Shown here: piece by piece, positions 51,701-64,000 of the stretch
How the letters are laid out: each line of letters begins with the position of its first letter
Position numbering within the stretch: position 1 is the stretch's first letter
Origin: Orbicella franksi
Lineage: Eukaryota
Direction of reading: 5' to 3'
Assembly (NCBI GenBank): GCA_964199315.1
Contig: OZ116700.1
Coordinates: 9,114,001 to 9,178,000, forward strand
DNA length: 64,000 nucleotides
The notes under the pieces: generated by a model
The model's database searches: none
Seen by the model: only the letters and a program-made list of their open reading frames with translations
Told to the model about the DNA's origin: nothing
Translations under genes and position numbers: made by a program

Positions 51701-54700
51701 ATCTAGAAGGGAGTGCATGAAGGGAGGCAGGTTTTAATACTGGTGCCTGGGTTACACTTACCCCAACTTCAAACAAGGCGCTGACAGGTTTATGGTCACT
51801 TATTTTTAGTTTATTATGGCTACGATATTCCAGCTGGTTGACTTGAGATCCTGTCCATAAAATACGATCACACCAGGCAGGGGCTCGACCTTTTTCGCTA
51901 AAAATAAAAAAATTCAAAAAAATCCAAAAATGTCTCAATATAGTACTCAGTGATCCAGACCTGCTTTCATTGTGACTGAAATGAAATCTACATTCATTAA
52001 ACCTTGCTGGCACATTTCTAGCAGTAATAAACAATCTCTCCCTTTGTGTACTAAGTCCTTCCTCAGCTAGAGGAACATCCAAGAATGATTCAATCTGAAA
52101 AATTCCACCTGATGATTAAGGACTATAGAGGTCCATGAAGAGTCAATGATTGCTTTTCACTTGCACTCACAAATTTAATACCACAAAAAAAAAAAGTCCT
52201 AAACACTGAACAGATGAAAACTTTCAGGCCTAGTTTGATCTGTATTAAACAAATTTTATACTGCTTCCATAAGAACTCTCTTGTCCATACAATCTTGTGC
52301 TTATATGGTTAAAACGTAAATGAGCAATATTCTGAGTGGCTCTTTTACACTTTGAAAGTGCATAAAGCAAAACCACATTGAGCTAATTTCCTCTACATGT
52401 GTGTTAGACAACCTTGTACTGATCAAATCCAATAGTAAAGTAATCACTGAGTTGACCCAACATTCTTAGGTTAAAGAAGTTCTATTTGAGCACTGCTTGT
52501 TATTAAAAAGCGACATCATCTATGCACAACCCTGTCATGTTAATAATAAAATCACCTTGTGTCCCAATTATCTGTTCCTGGATCGTATTTGTAAGTTGGT
52601 TTGAACTTGATGCTGCCTTCTTTAAAACCTTTAAAGCATTTCCTTTCTTTTTGTTGTTTGATGAGTTGATCATTGGCTAGGAGTTCTTCATACTGCCCTT
52701 TATCTGCCAATCTTCTCACGAGATCTGTATCCATGTCACTGATCCTGTAATTTAAGTCTCCTAACCAGAACACAGCCCTGACAGAGAGAGGATGTTTTGA
52801 TTATGTGAAACTCTGGAGACAAGCTATGTGTTTAACAAAATACATATATTCATGAAATGTGGCCAAATGTAATTTAGGCACAGTTTGAGTCGAGCCAATG
52901 CTGGCCAGCAGTCTCACAGGGTGACCATGCTCTGTGGGGTCTTATACGGAGTTTTGCAGGTATTATGTGTTTTTCTTGCCAGCTGTTTGTCTTGAGTGCC
53001 ATTTGTGCTTGTAGCCTGCTTTTGCTCCCTCCCCTCCCTCCCTTTCACTGGCGATGGTATGTATATGGGGTGGTAAGTATCTCCACTGAATCTATCAGTG
53101 TGACAGCGCCTGGTGGTTGCCACTCTCAGAGTTGCCATGGATACCTGCGTGCTCTACTTGAGGCTCATATCTCGGCTCCACCTTTCCCAAGCTCATCAAT
53201 TGGCGATTCATCAGTTTAATATTACATATAACTTACTCATGATCAGTGATTGAAAATGAACCATAGGACCCATTAAACTCCAGCTTGCTTAGAATATCTC
53301 TGTAGTCCTGTTGGTTGGAACAAATTATCGTCATTGATTTTTATTCAAGATAAAGATATACCCCTAATATCTTTCAGTTAAGAAATCCAAATCTAGTAAT
53401 ACCCAGTCATTATGATTGTCGAGCGACGGTAGACTCATAGGAAGGGCACTTACTTCCAGATTGAGCAGTCTGGATTTGAGGCCTGGCCAGAGAAACTGCA
53501 TTGTGTTCTTGGGCAAGACACTTAACTCTCACAGTGCCCCTCCCAACCCAAGTGTTTAAATGGGTAGTGGCGGATTTTAATTAATTCTGGGGAGTAGCCC
53601 TGTGATGGACTACCATTCCATCCAAGGAGGAGTAACACTCCTAGTACTTTATGCTATAGAAACCAGAGATAAGCACCAGCCTGATAGGCCAGTTGACGCA
53701 CATGCAGACTTTACTTTCACATGTGGTCTCATCTACAATCATGGACAAATTGTGTTGGAAAAGGCCAAAAACATGAAATCATAATCGTAATGCCTACAGA
53801 ATACGTGTTGACACCCCCATTCCCCCTTCCAATGTTGGAAAATGGTTAATTGCAAACTTGTGTCAGATGAAAGTGTTTTGTCAACATTGCACAGGGTTGG
53901 GAAGCGGCAAAATGTGTATAGATTGATTTTTTTCCAACCCTTGTGACCAAGTTTGTAGCTGCCAGTAATAATTATAATTAATACCGACAGTACTAGTCTC
54001 AGCTGGCAATCAATAACCAAATTTACCCACATCCTCCAAAATCATGTGGTTAGACAGTTGTGTGTAAGGAGATGAGATGTGTCTATGAAGCTTCAAGAGC
54101 AACCAGGTGTGTGGGAAATCTATTGACATCTAAGTGCAATAATTCTTTAGAAAATAGCCCAAAGAAAATACATGCACTGATGGGTTTAAAAATCATACAT
54201 CCTTAACTCGATAGAAACAGAACTAGCACAAGCTGTTGAGTTAAGATGGCCCTAGTAAGGAGAATTTACAGTTTGATGATCAAAGTAAACAAGCTGTTTT
54301 CTTTTTTTGTCACAGAATTTTCATAAAGAACTGGAAAACTTGTTTTCCGTGTTTCTAATATCGAGTTTTAGTATAAATCTACTAGCGTTCTATCACAACT
54401 GCCGTTCTCTGATTGGTTATGCTACTTGTTATCTATTCTTTGATAGATAGTGAGTAGTGTGGCAGTGTGCCCTTGTTAACAAAATGATGTCTGCTTCTTG
54501 ACATTTTCGAAGTGTCTGTGAAGAGGATTTAGATAAAGTTTTGAATGACTAGTAGATTTATACTAAAACAATTAAATTATTGCCTCTCGATTTCTATGTG
54601 TGATAGTTGACTCGAGCTGTACCCTCGTCAACTATCACATGATAGAAATCTTGTCTGAGCTCATAATCGAATTGTTTAATAGAAACACTTGTGGAAGTTT

Positions 54701-57700
54701 GAGAGAATTTGAAAACACTGTGGAAACACTTGCCTGTTTAATCACGTTCTCACAGCATTTCTCGTTCTCCCAATTAACTTCCACTTGTGTTTCTATAGCT
54801 CAATACTGAAACACGGCATACATTTTCAATTTCTTAAATATTATACTTAGCATCACTATACCTGGTTTCTCCTCTCAAACTCCTCTGTATGAGCTGCAAG
54901 ATGGGAGTTTACAAAACAAATACTTGTGTTGTGAATCTGCATTCTGATGGCCACACCTCCTTTGTTACCCTGTTTAGAACCAAAGTGTAGCTAATGAACA
55001 CAACAATTAAGGGCCTGTTTACAGGGAGGGTTACCCTAGCAAACGGGTTAACCCTAGCTGGAGGGCAAAAGATAGCCTGGGCTTACAAGCAAATTTTCAC
55101 AGGTTGGGTAACCCTACAACCCAGGACAACTTAATGTGCAGTTACACTCAAAGGGTCTGGAAATAAGTAGAAAGTAAACTGTTAACTCGGGTAAGCGGGT
55201 TAACCCTACCTGGACTGTTTACAAGAGAAAAAGTTAACCCGCCTGCCAGGGTAGCCCTGGCACACAGATAGGGTAACTTGCCTACCCAGGTAACCCTGGC
55301 CGCTTTGTAAACATGACGAAGAAAAATGAGGAAATGTGTGAGTGCTAGGGTAACCCGCTTGTGAGGGTAACCCTCTCTCCTTGTAAACAGGCCCTAAGAT
55401 CTAAATAATACATTACTATATAATCTTGCAAAGGTTTTCTGTACCCGACAATGCACTGTTCAGGCCTGGAACCAAGCAAAATCATTGGCTGTTTGCCATC
55501 ACCATAGAAACTCTGATGCAAAGTCCAATGATATATTAATTTTTAGTACTTAATAATGTGAAATCTGCTAATTTCTTTTCAATTTTTACATTGTATAATA
55601 ATTTAATTAACAAACTTGCAACTTTACTATTAATAGTAGAGACTGACCTGTCTGGTTTATGCACATATTTGTACAGCTGTACATTCCCACTCTTATTTTC
55701 TTTATTCATTTATAAAGATACTAATATTAAAAACTGGATCAATGCAGATAAATGAGGGAATTCAATGGTTTTCATTGGCTTAGCCTTCATGGTATATGAG
55801 CCATTATACCATGCTTTGCAAATATGGGAAGTGTAATTGTAACTCTTTTAGGTGTTTTAACTTTAATTTATTTTACTTCTATTCAGTTTTCTATATTTGG
55901 GGGCACTTTTAATAAAACAGTTATGGTATCATAATTCTTATTCCACATGTGCTTGTTGAATATGAGATGGTTAATAGTTAACTCGTGTCCAATGCATGCT
56001 TGTGTAATAATTGTTAAATAATTTATCAAGTGTTACAATATGTCATCAGGATAAATAAAATGCAAGACTTGCAAGTAAAAACTCCTCAGATCCTTACCAT
56101 AAGACCCATGATGCCAGTAGCTACAGTTTCAGCATCAACTTCAGTGACATAATGCTGATACTGGCTCTTGACAAAAACCATCAATAAGATGCCCACCAGA
56201 CGAATGGTCTTCACCTGGAGAAGTGCAAACAAATGACAAATTTTCAACACATGAAAGCCAAAGGGGTGGAGGGGGGGGGGGGGAATACAAACTTTAATTT
56301 AGAGAATCTGATGTGAACAGTCATTAAACATTGTCGTTGGGTTTCTCTATGTTGTCTACATTACTTTGTAGCTTCTTAACCTCAAAACAAAATAGACAAC
56401 GCAATGCCCCTTAAAAAAGTACTTTTGCCATAACCTTAGTGTACTGGGCTTTAGGGTGGAGTCCTCGCTCAGCAATCTTTAGCCACTCATCTTCTTTTGG
56501 AGTAACATTTTTCAGCAATGTCTCAGCACTGAGGTCAAGCTCCTGAAAACTAAATAAACAAAACCAGTATTGGAAATTAGCGCTTGCCCGCTCACCAATG
56601 TGAGTGCGAAGAGTGTCGGGTGAGTACAAATTATTGACCACTCGCCCGTTTGGCGAGTACATAATACTGATAACACTCCTTTTTATTTTCCATTTTATCT
56701 CTAAACCAAAACTTCCAGGTGCTTTTTTCACCTTTTTTATCTTTTTAGCTGCTCAACTAATTTGCCAATAATAAAACACAACTTAGTGTTTCATAAAATA
56801 ATAGACAAAATGAAATATGGCTTCCTTGTAGTGACGCATCTTTCTGGGCGAGTGAAAGTAACACTGGGTGAGTGCAGTTTCAGAGTCACTCACCCGAATG
56901 GCGAGTGCTGTGAAAATTTAGTTTCCAGCTCTGCAAAACACCCTTCTGTAAGTTGTCTTGTAAAGTGGAACCCCACCTTATGGTAGGTCACCTTTTTATT
57001 ATGGTCACTTCTTTCTTCTGGCAAAACACCCAAAATTTTCTTGTAAGAAAATCCTGTTAATGCAGCCACCTCCTTAACACTCCAATGGCCACATTCTGAA
57101 ATCCCAACCTGTATATTATTATTTTACCCTGTTTACATATATGGCACTCTAACCAGTCATGTTACTCTTTCCATAGATCCTTTGCCTAAATGGCGTCTAA
57201 ATTTGAATAACAATAATTTATACATCCTTAGCCTCATACTCATGTTTCAAGACAAAGGATTTTTTCACATGAATGTGAGGCTAAGGGTATATACGTATTG
57301 TTATTCAAATATAGGCACCATTTATGCAAAGGGTCTACTGTTAATAATATATTGTAAGTATGTATTAATTGAAGTTGATGGTTCAATTTTTCTTTAAATT
57401 ATTTCCACATTCCCGATGCTTATTAAAGAACAGTTGCATAGAAGTACAATTGTGATAATATTTACTCAATTTAGACCAGTCATGAAATTTGACCCTAGGT
57501 CCTTAATAGGACCACCCCATTAATATGGCATGAATGTGGCATTAATATGGCATTAATATGGCCAAATTTTCATGGCCCTTTGGCTCCAAGTGGCTTATGA
57601 AAAGAAAATGTCTCACCCCAGACTGAACACATCAGGTGGATCTTGATCAACAGCAAGCCAAGGTGCCACATTCTCTGCAGGAGTCTGGCCATTGACATTC

Positions 57701-60700
57701 CATGTTCCAACAAAGATTCTACATTAATACACACATTTAATTATAACATGAGGCAAGTTGTCAATAGCCATATATGGTTGACTGTGGAATAATTTATAAC
57801 CTAGAGTCACACTAAGCTCTCAATGTGTACTTGTAAAGGTCTACAGCTAAACAGCCCTCTCTGTGAACATAACTCTTGTACATTGAACACATATTGAATA
57901 CTTATGCCTTCCTTGTTTTTGCTGTTTGTTAGTTGGTAGTTTTCTGAGAAACGATATATCTAGCCACAAGATATGAAGTTGTGTCTGTATAAATAGTCTG
58001 GCTTATTCTTTTTCTTTCATCTACACTGTAGTATGTTTTGCTTGCACAAGTGTTACTAACCACTTTTTGCACAGTGCCAACAAGGCAAGAATGTCATTTA
58101 TCAGGAAAAATTCATTTTGGATGAAAGAATTTCTCTCCACATGTTTTACAACTCAACACTTTAGCTCCTGCATTGCCAAATGTGCTCATTCTGACATGAC
58201 TTGTCTGTTACTGTGTACATGTAGGTATACCTTACAGTTACTTTGCCTTCAAGATATTTGTTACTTTAGTTTGTGTTTAGAAACTTGTTACACTGGACAG
58301 ATGACCCCTGGGGGAACCCCCATATAAAATGGGCAGTGTGCTCGTTGGAAATTTTGAAAAGAACCCCTAAGCGGTACCAAGATCCAGTTTTGTGGGCATG
58401 GCTTGCACTTTTTTTAAACCCTCAGGGTACCAATTCTAAAGCAACACATAACCTCCTGTTGAGCTTTTTCTTTTGGCTCAATACCCAAAAGGCACCACAA
58501 ACACTCCCACTGTCAACCTTTTGAGGCTGAATATGTACCCTTAAAAGGTATTACAAGCACCCCTATCCTTTTCATATGGGTGTCACCACCCCCCCTCCCC
58601 CACTCCCCCCCCCCCGGATGTAACTCACTTCAGCTTTTTGATATGAGTGTATTCCGATTCTCTTGTAGCCATGTGCAGTTTAATAAATCCATCCCTGGCA
58701 CTAACGCTTGTTGGCAGGATAGACCTCCTGGGTAGTGCAGGTGAGTCAGTACTGCACTTCTCTACTTCATCAGAGGCAGTTAGACTCGCTGACGACAGTG
58801 ATGGGTGTATGGTGGGTGAAGGAGAAAAACCTGGCATTCCAAAGACATCTAATGATGCATCGTCTGGTTTGGATTCTGAGGCTAGTAAAACAATAATTCA
58901 AATAACAAGATGTTGATGCTACCACACACAGACATTCCCAAAAGACATCAAATTTCTTAAATTTCTTAAACAAGGAAATCATAACCACCACCATCATCAT
59001 CATCAGATGGAGATTTCCTCAACTGATATATTCTGGTAGTTTCAAATTGTTATGTGGCAGAGATTTTGATTTCATCCCTCAAATTTAAACGCTTTGCTGG
59101 ACATTGCATTTTCAACTCTCACGGCCCTTCATGCTTTTTATGTACTACATGAAACAAGCTCAATTTGTTGGACTTTCTTAGAGATAATAATTATTATAAT
59201 TGCTAGCATTGCAAATAATCCAACTCCAAATTTTATGCAGTAAAGGGCAGAGGAAGAGGTGTTCCACTAAGTTTGCTATTTCTAACTTTTTGTTTACTAA
59301 GTTCAAAATTCCTCTTTGTATATTTTACCTGTTACAACTTCTGATCCACTTGAGCTTGCTACTTCTAGGTGATCCCAAGGCCAGCCATCTGTTTGAATCA
59401 GTGACTGAGTAATTAGTTAGTTATATGGGTTATTGACCAAGCGTGAGGTCAAGATGGTTGGATATGGTGTGTTTATGGACCGAGATGGAGTCAAGGTCTG
59501 TAAATCCATATCCAGCTGAACAAGTTCAGTCAACACTGTTTTCTTGTGGGACACAGTGGGTAATCCAAAGCTGGCAAGATAGCGCAATTTTGCTCGCTTG
59601 GGTAGCCAATCGAAGCACCGGATTCAGTTCACCTTGCCTGCTCACTGAGCTAGACATTTTAGTGATAAAAAAACTTATTGACTTCAGATGTTGTGGGACT
59701 GCAACACTCATTAGCCCTAGTGAACATTTTTCCAGGATCTTCAAACTTTAAAGGACATTTGAGCACCATCTTGAGGATATGGAGAATCTTGGTAAGATCC
59801 ATGCAGAAATCTCAATCTTTCAGAAATTGTTACTTGAGTCTTCAAAATTTTCTGGACCAAAGTACTCAAGGACATTGGTTGACGTCTTTGTAGTAAGATC
59901 CTTGTCTTGGCTAGGGAGGACCTTTTAAGACTCAGAGTACACCTTACAGTGATACTTACCTATGCTTATGAAACTTTTTCTTCCAATCAACTGCTGATAT
60001 TTTTCTAGCCACTTGAATTCAGGCACACCAACCATGTGAGCCCTTTGTCGATAAGCTTTACAGGTAAACAAACAAAAACTTTTATCAGTAATAACCTATT
60101 AAAACAGACAGGGTTACAAAAGGGATGTGGTGAGAAAGAAAAGGCAAGGAACCAATTGAGACTCAGATTTTAAGGAGAAAGTGGAGGTGGTAAGGTCACA
60201 TCTTAAGGAAACAGGCTAACAACATCACCCAACAGGCACTAAAATGGAACCCTCTGGGTAAGAGGAAGAAGGATCACCCAAGGAACTCCTGGAGAAGGGG
60301 TGTGGAGTCTGAAATGAGGAAGTGGGGCCACACCTGGAACATACTAGGAAGGCTTGCCCAGGACAGAAGCTGATGGAGAACGGATGTGGTCAATGGTCTT
60401 AAGTATGCTCCAGCTGAAGCTGAGGGACAAATCAATCACCTTATTGAAACCACAACCAGAGTATTGAAACCCCTTACTCTGGAATTGTTGTAGCTAAATA
60501 TCTGTCACTATTAATAAGAAATTCAAACCAGTTCAAATGCTACTAATAATACTGAAAGAAGTGGCATCACCTCCAATGGCTTTATTCAATTCAACCAAGA
60601 AATTATTTCCTTGAGTATCCTTCTTCAACTCAAAGACAAGCTTTGTCTGGTCGTCAGTCAGGATTTGAAACCGTACTACACCTATAATAGAAATGCATAT

Positions 60701-62559
60701 TATACAGTCACTTTATTTTAAAAGCAAATTTTTATTGTGCATGATATCTGACTCAATTTGCATAACTGCTGATTTTGCATTCCAATATTGCTGCAATTAT
60801 CGGTGTATCTTTCTAATTAAGATTTTTGTATTGCAGCTAATAAAAATTATACATATCTTGGGTGAGTTTATGGACAATGCTATGATGATATTTAATTTAA
60901 TAAAATTAATTAATAAGTTTCTTTAAAAAATTTACATGAACAGCATATTAATTGATATAGGATGTTGCAACATGCCAAGTATTACTAGTTAACAAGAAAA
61001 AAAATGATAATTGTAATGATAATTTTTTTTAAACTATTGACTGTCAATTCATTGTTTACCCTCTTTGTCGTTACTTTCATCAGCTGGTTGATCTTTACAT
61101 ACAAAAAATATAAAAAAAACCAAAACATTTGAATATTAGTAAGATAGACTACAACCTATTATTTTAATGTTACTTTCTGGCTGGGAAGCCCATATAGTGA
61201 GAAACCATGACCTTGGAAGGTCTTGGAAATGCTGCCCAAGGCTGCAAGCCAAGGACAGCATTTTCAAGTCCAAGGTTGCAGTTTTTCACTTTACAGACTG
61301 ACCCTACGCTGGTAAATAACTTATTTATTTTTTCCTCTCTCTCAAATCTTTTCTAATTGTTGACCTTTTCCACAACACAATGTGCCTATGTGTTACCGTT
61401 AAACCATGGTCAGAGATAGGAAAATCTGAACTGCCCTAAGAAACAATCAGATTGGAGGATTTGTTACTGAAATGAGTGACAACATGAGAGTAAACATGTG
61501 TGTGTTACCTAGCAACACAACAAACTGTCACACTGTCACACTTTGACCTCAGCCAGGGATCAAACAAGGATGACTTGACCTGGAAGAGGTGCACTGAGAG
61601 CCAGCCGATCACCTTCCCTCTTACATTACATTGTACATTATTATATTATACTTTTTTATACACAAACAAATATCTCAAACACATGACTTGTATATGATTG
61701 TCAAAATATGTTGTTACTAACATTTCTCTGCCAAGTGTACAAAATTGAAGTTAAGTACCAACTAACTCGAAAGATTTTAAAAGAAATGTGGACACTACAT
61801 GACCTCAAGATAAAATAAGCGTGAACACATACCAGCCACAGTTGCGTACGAAAAAGGTCCACGGATGGCCAAAACATACAGGACCTCTAAATACTTTTCT
61901 TGAAAAGATGATTCACCCATCCACTGAAAGATGATCAACCTGTTAAAATAAGTGGTGAGTGTGTGAATTTTATTAAATGCAGATCAGAATTTACATGTGG
62001 TAACTGATGAATGGATGGGGAAATATATACATTGCATTGGATACAAAAGGTAATTAAGTCAATTTTTAATTAATTAATATGTATTTTATAACAATGATTT
62101 TCTCAGAATTAAATTGAAAATGTTTTTTCCAGGGAATATTTTTACACACCATACACTAAGTTCTTGAATTATTTACAAACAAGCAATCTGAAAGATACTT
62201 TAGTCTTAAAATTAATCAACGTTGTCAGGGTTTGAAAAGAACTTGAATTCCAGCTTGCCCTTGGGACAAGCAGCTCTCAAATTTTGCTTGTCCTTAGCAA
62301 GTCTTAGTTTGCTCTTCTAGTAGTTTAGTTGACACAAGATTTGCCTGATCCCTGGGAATGAAATGTTACATGTACTTGCCAAGAAGGAAAATCTACTTGT
62401 CCCAAATGTCCAGATGGCACTGTGCCCTGCTGTTGTATTGTTCACTTAAACATAAGCTTAAAGTCTTGTATACACCAAAAATTAAGTACCCAGTATCCAG
62501 AGTTCTTGTTATGAGAGAAATGAGGCAGCCAACTTTGTTGTGATCCTTTAACAGAACTC
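45780..62559 (-). CDS. OCRL: OCRL/INPP5B-family inositol polyphosphate 5-phosphatase (PH, 5-phosphatase, ASH, RhoGAP); 23 coding exons recovered, 5' exon(s) not located
   Basis: Exons in transcript order: 62490-62559, 61833-61939, 60571-60681, 59960-60055, 59329-59388, 58629-58881, 57617-57718, 56435-56549, 56098-56214, 54862-54969, 53237-53307, 52556-52777, 51762-51897, 50717-50827, 50475-50543, 49962-50058, 49608-49732, 48843-48953, 48016-48126, 47853-47937, 47190-47317, 46184-46295, 45780-45919. All phases are compatible and the frame is open (2657 nt, about 884 aa plus the missing N-terminus). Motifs: [110 protein letters not shown]. Confidence 0.96.
46436..46650. mobile_element. Tc1/mariner-type MITE remnant in an OCRL intron
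   Basis: TACAGTCGAACCTGTTCACAACGGCCACCT ... AGAGGTGGTCGCTAGTGCAGGTTTAAC. Confidence 0.55.
47318..47852 (-). other. U12-type intron with GT-AG termini in the OCRL-like gene
   Basis: 5' splice site |GTATCCTTC, branch site TTCCTTGAC (47328-47336) 11 nt from the AG, and no polypyrimidine tract. The splice gives GKL|[11 protein letters not shown]. Confidence 0.88.
48537..48804. mobile_element. Two abutting small MITEs in an OCRL intron
   Basis: A perfect 18-bp TIR pair ATTTACCGCACCCAAATT (48537-48554 / 48642-48659), immediately followed by a second element TACCTTTTTTGGTA..CATATCAGGCGAGTTTG / CAAATTCGCCTGATATG..TACCAAAAAGGTA (48659-48804). Confidence 0.7.
48954..49607 (-). other. U12-type (minor spliceosome) intron with AT-AG termini in the OCRL-like gene
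   Basis: 5' splice site |ATATCCTTG (minus strand from 49607), branch site TTCTTAAC (48963-48970), 3' end ..GGTAGACAG|. This splice gives KDFF|VSVSGNYLP, colinear with human OCRL KDYFLTISGNYLP. No GT donor is present at this junction. Confidence 0.85.
53418..53715 (+). mobile_element. tRNA-derived SINE, older copy of the 32639-32935 family, in an OCRL intron
   Basis: CTTGGGCAAGACACTTAACTCTCACAGTGCC..CCCTGTGATGGACTA..CATCCAAGG..AGAAACCAGAGATAAG body. Confidence 0.75.
55011..55394. mobile_element. PIF/Harbinger-type MITE in an OCRL intron
   Basis: TIRs GGGCCTGTTTACA / TGTAAACAGGCCC, TAA target-site duplication on both sides, and internal GGGTAACCCT repeats. Confidence 0.85.
60128..60425 (+). 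mobile_element. 5'-truncated RTE-clade LINE remnant, antisense to OCRL
   Basis: Translation [61 protein letters not shown] matches the RTE ORF C-terminus; it contains in-frame stops. Confidence 0.85.
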
Positions 62560-64000
62560 CTGTAGTGCAGTATGAACCGTTAAGGAAATAAATAAGCAAT
62601 ACAAAACTATTTTGCCCACAAGTATATATCTCAAAGGCAAACTTTGGAGAGTAACGCTATAAACCTTGGCCTTATATTTACTCTTTCTCTTTGCTTTTTT
62701 TGGGTTCTTTCTCTCCTTCTTACTTTGCTGGTTTTTGGATGGAGAAAAAGAGGGGGATGGCCTTATTATTTAAAACTGTATCAGGTCAAAAAATGTTCCT
62801 GATCCCTAAAGTAAAGAAAAAGTACTAACCGACTCAATAATATTTAATGAAAATAATTTTCATTTAATTCCCAGTCCTGCATTCATGCATAAATAAATCA
62901 TCATAAAAGTGGACAGCCTTCAATTACAAAGCTACTTACATGTAACAAATAGATTCCATGTTGTTCAGTAATACTGTAGATCACAGATGATGTCATTATA
63001 AACAACTAGGTAAGAACAGAAAAATGGCTTGGAGGCGACAGCTGAGTGTATCACTGCTGTTCTTACCACATTTTAATAACCTTCTGTGATCTATTAGTGA
63101 AAAGAAGCAAGGCAACATGGAATCTACTTGACCTGGTTTTATAATAATACCCAGAAACAAAAAACGAAGGTTAATGGCCTTGTCTATGTGTCTGTCCACC
63201 AATAGATCATAAGTAAGAACCAATCAACATGTGAGAATAATTTGACTTATCATATAAAAACCAATACTTCATGAAAATTTAACAATTTGGCATTGAGCCC
63301 TGTATATGGTATTAAATAAATTAACAGAAGAATTTGCAACATATTAATTATAGATGTCCCCCTTCTGTTCACTCACTACGGGAATATATATTAAAATGTC
63401 TTTTACAGGCAAACAAAGACAAAAAATAACTCGATATCAGTATCCACAGGCTGTCGTACTTTATTATATATTATAAATTATAAATTGGTCAGAAATGATA
63501 AACAGGAACAAAATTAGACACTAAAAGTTTTGCATTGATCTGAGTAGCTGCGCATCTTGCAATAATTGTACGCAAATTTCAGCTGTGTTTTTCATGGTGT
63601 CATCTGATATGCAAACAATCGTTTCCCTGTCAAATCTCGCTTAGTGAGGAATAACACCATATTTCCTGCCGGACGCAAAATTGTTCCGCCTTCAAATTGG
63701 CCATATATCATCGAGCAAGCGAGCGCTGCTGTCGGTGTTGAACAGTAGTATAAGTTATCCACGGAGTTCTAATGATAGCTGATCCCAGTGTCACCTCAAC
63801 AAAATTAATACACTGAGTTCTGCGATGTTATGGAATTTTCTTCACAGAGAATAATAAAAATAACTTTAAATACAAGCGCAGTTTCTCTAACATAACAGTC
63901 CCAAGCTATCGAATTATTTCGCAGCTGAAGCCGTTGAAGCAATACTAAATTAGAAATAAAATATTACGAAAAGGATATTTTAATGCACTTCTCCTCACTT

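Noticed and set aside
55011-55394. TAACCCT-like motifs as telomeric repeat or telomerase RNA template
   Set aside because: They are internal GGGTAACCCT repeats of a TIR/TAA-flanked MITE; there is no (TTAGGG)n array or CTAACCCTAA template.
59329-59404. Longer version of an OCRL exon using the CTCAG acceptor at 59405
   Set aside because: It is phase-incompatible with the upstream exon; the AAACAG acceptor at 59389 gives a consistent frame.
40229-59751. Numerous 60-140-aa ORFs antisense to or overlapping GPCR and OCRL exons, or within SINEs and MITEs
   Set aside because: They are explained as opposite-strand or alternative-frame shadows of real exons and repeats.

Overview
AT-rich, intron-rich animal genomic DNA. 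The gene content and repeat landscape suggest an anthozoan such as a stony coral, but that is inference. It is not prokaryotic: no CRISPR array, rRNA or intact tRNA was seen. I reconstructed four loci by hand from splice signals and protein motifs. (1) An unprocessed NUBP2/Cfd1 pseudogene on + (4777-9672) with stops, frameshifts and two missing exons. (2) An intact 6-exon secreted astacin metalloprotease with a C-terminal kringle domain on + (26124-33461, 393 aa). (3) An intronless class A GPCR with a single 1-nt frameshift on + (39465-40600). (4) An OCRL/INPP5B-family inositol polyphosphate 5-phosphatase on - (23 coding exons, 45780-62559; first exon not found). The rest is dense with MITEs, tRNA-derived SINEs, LINE remnants and tandem repeats, plus one N gap. 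The most notable observations are these. The OCRL-like gene carries two minor-spliceosome (U12) introns, one with rare AT-AG ends. Its RhoGAP domain has Arg at the arginine-finger position where vertebrate OCRL/INPP5B have Gln. The NUBP2 pseudogene was degraded by palindromic micro-insertions, and TACATGTA appears over-represented across the window.
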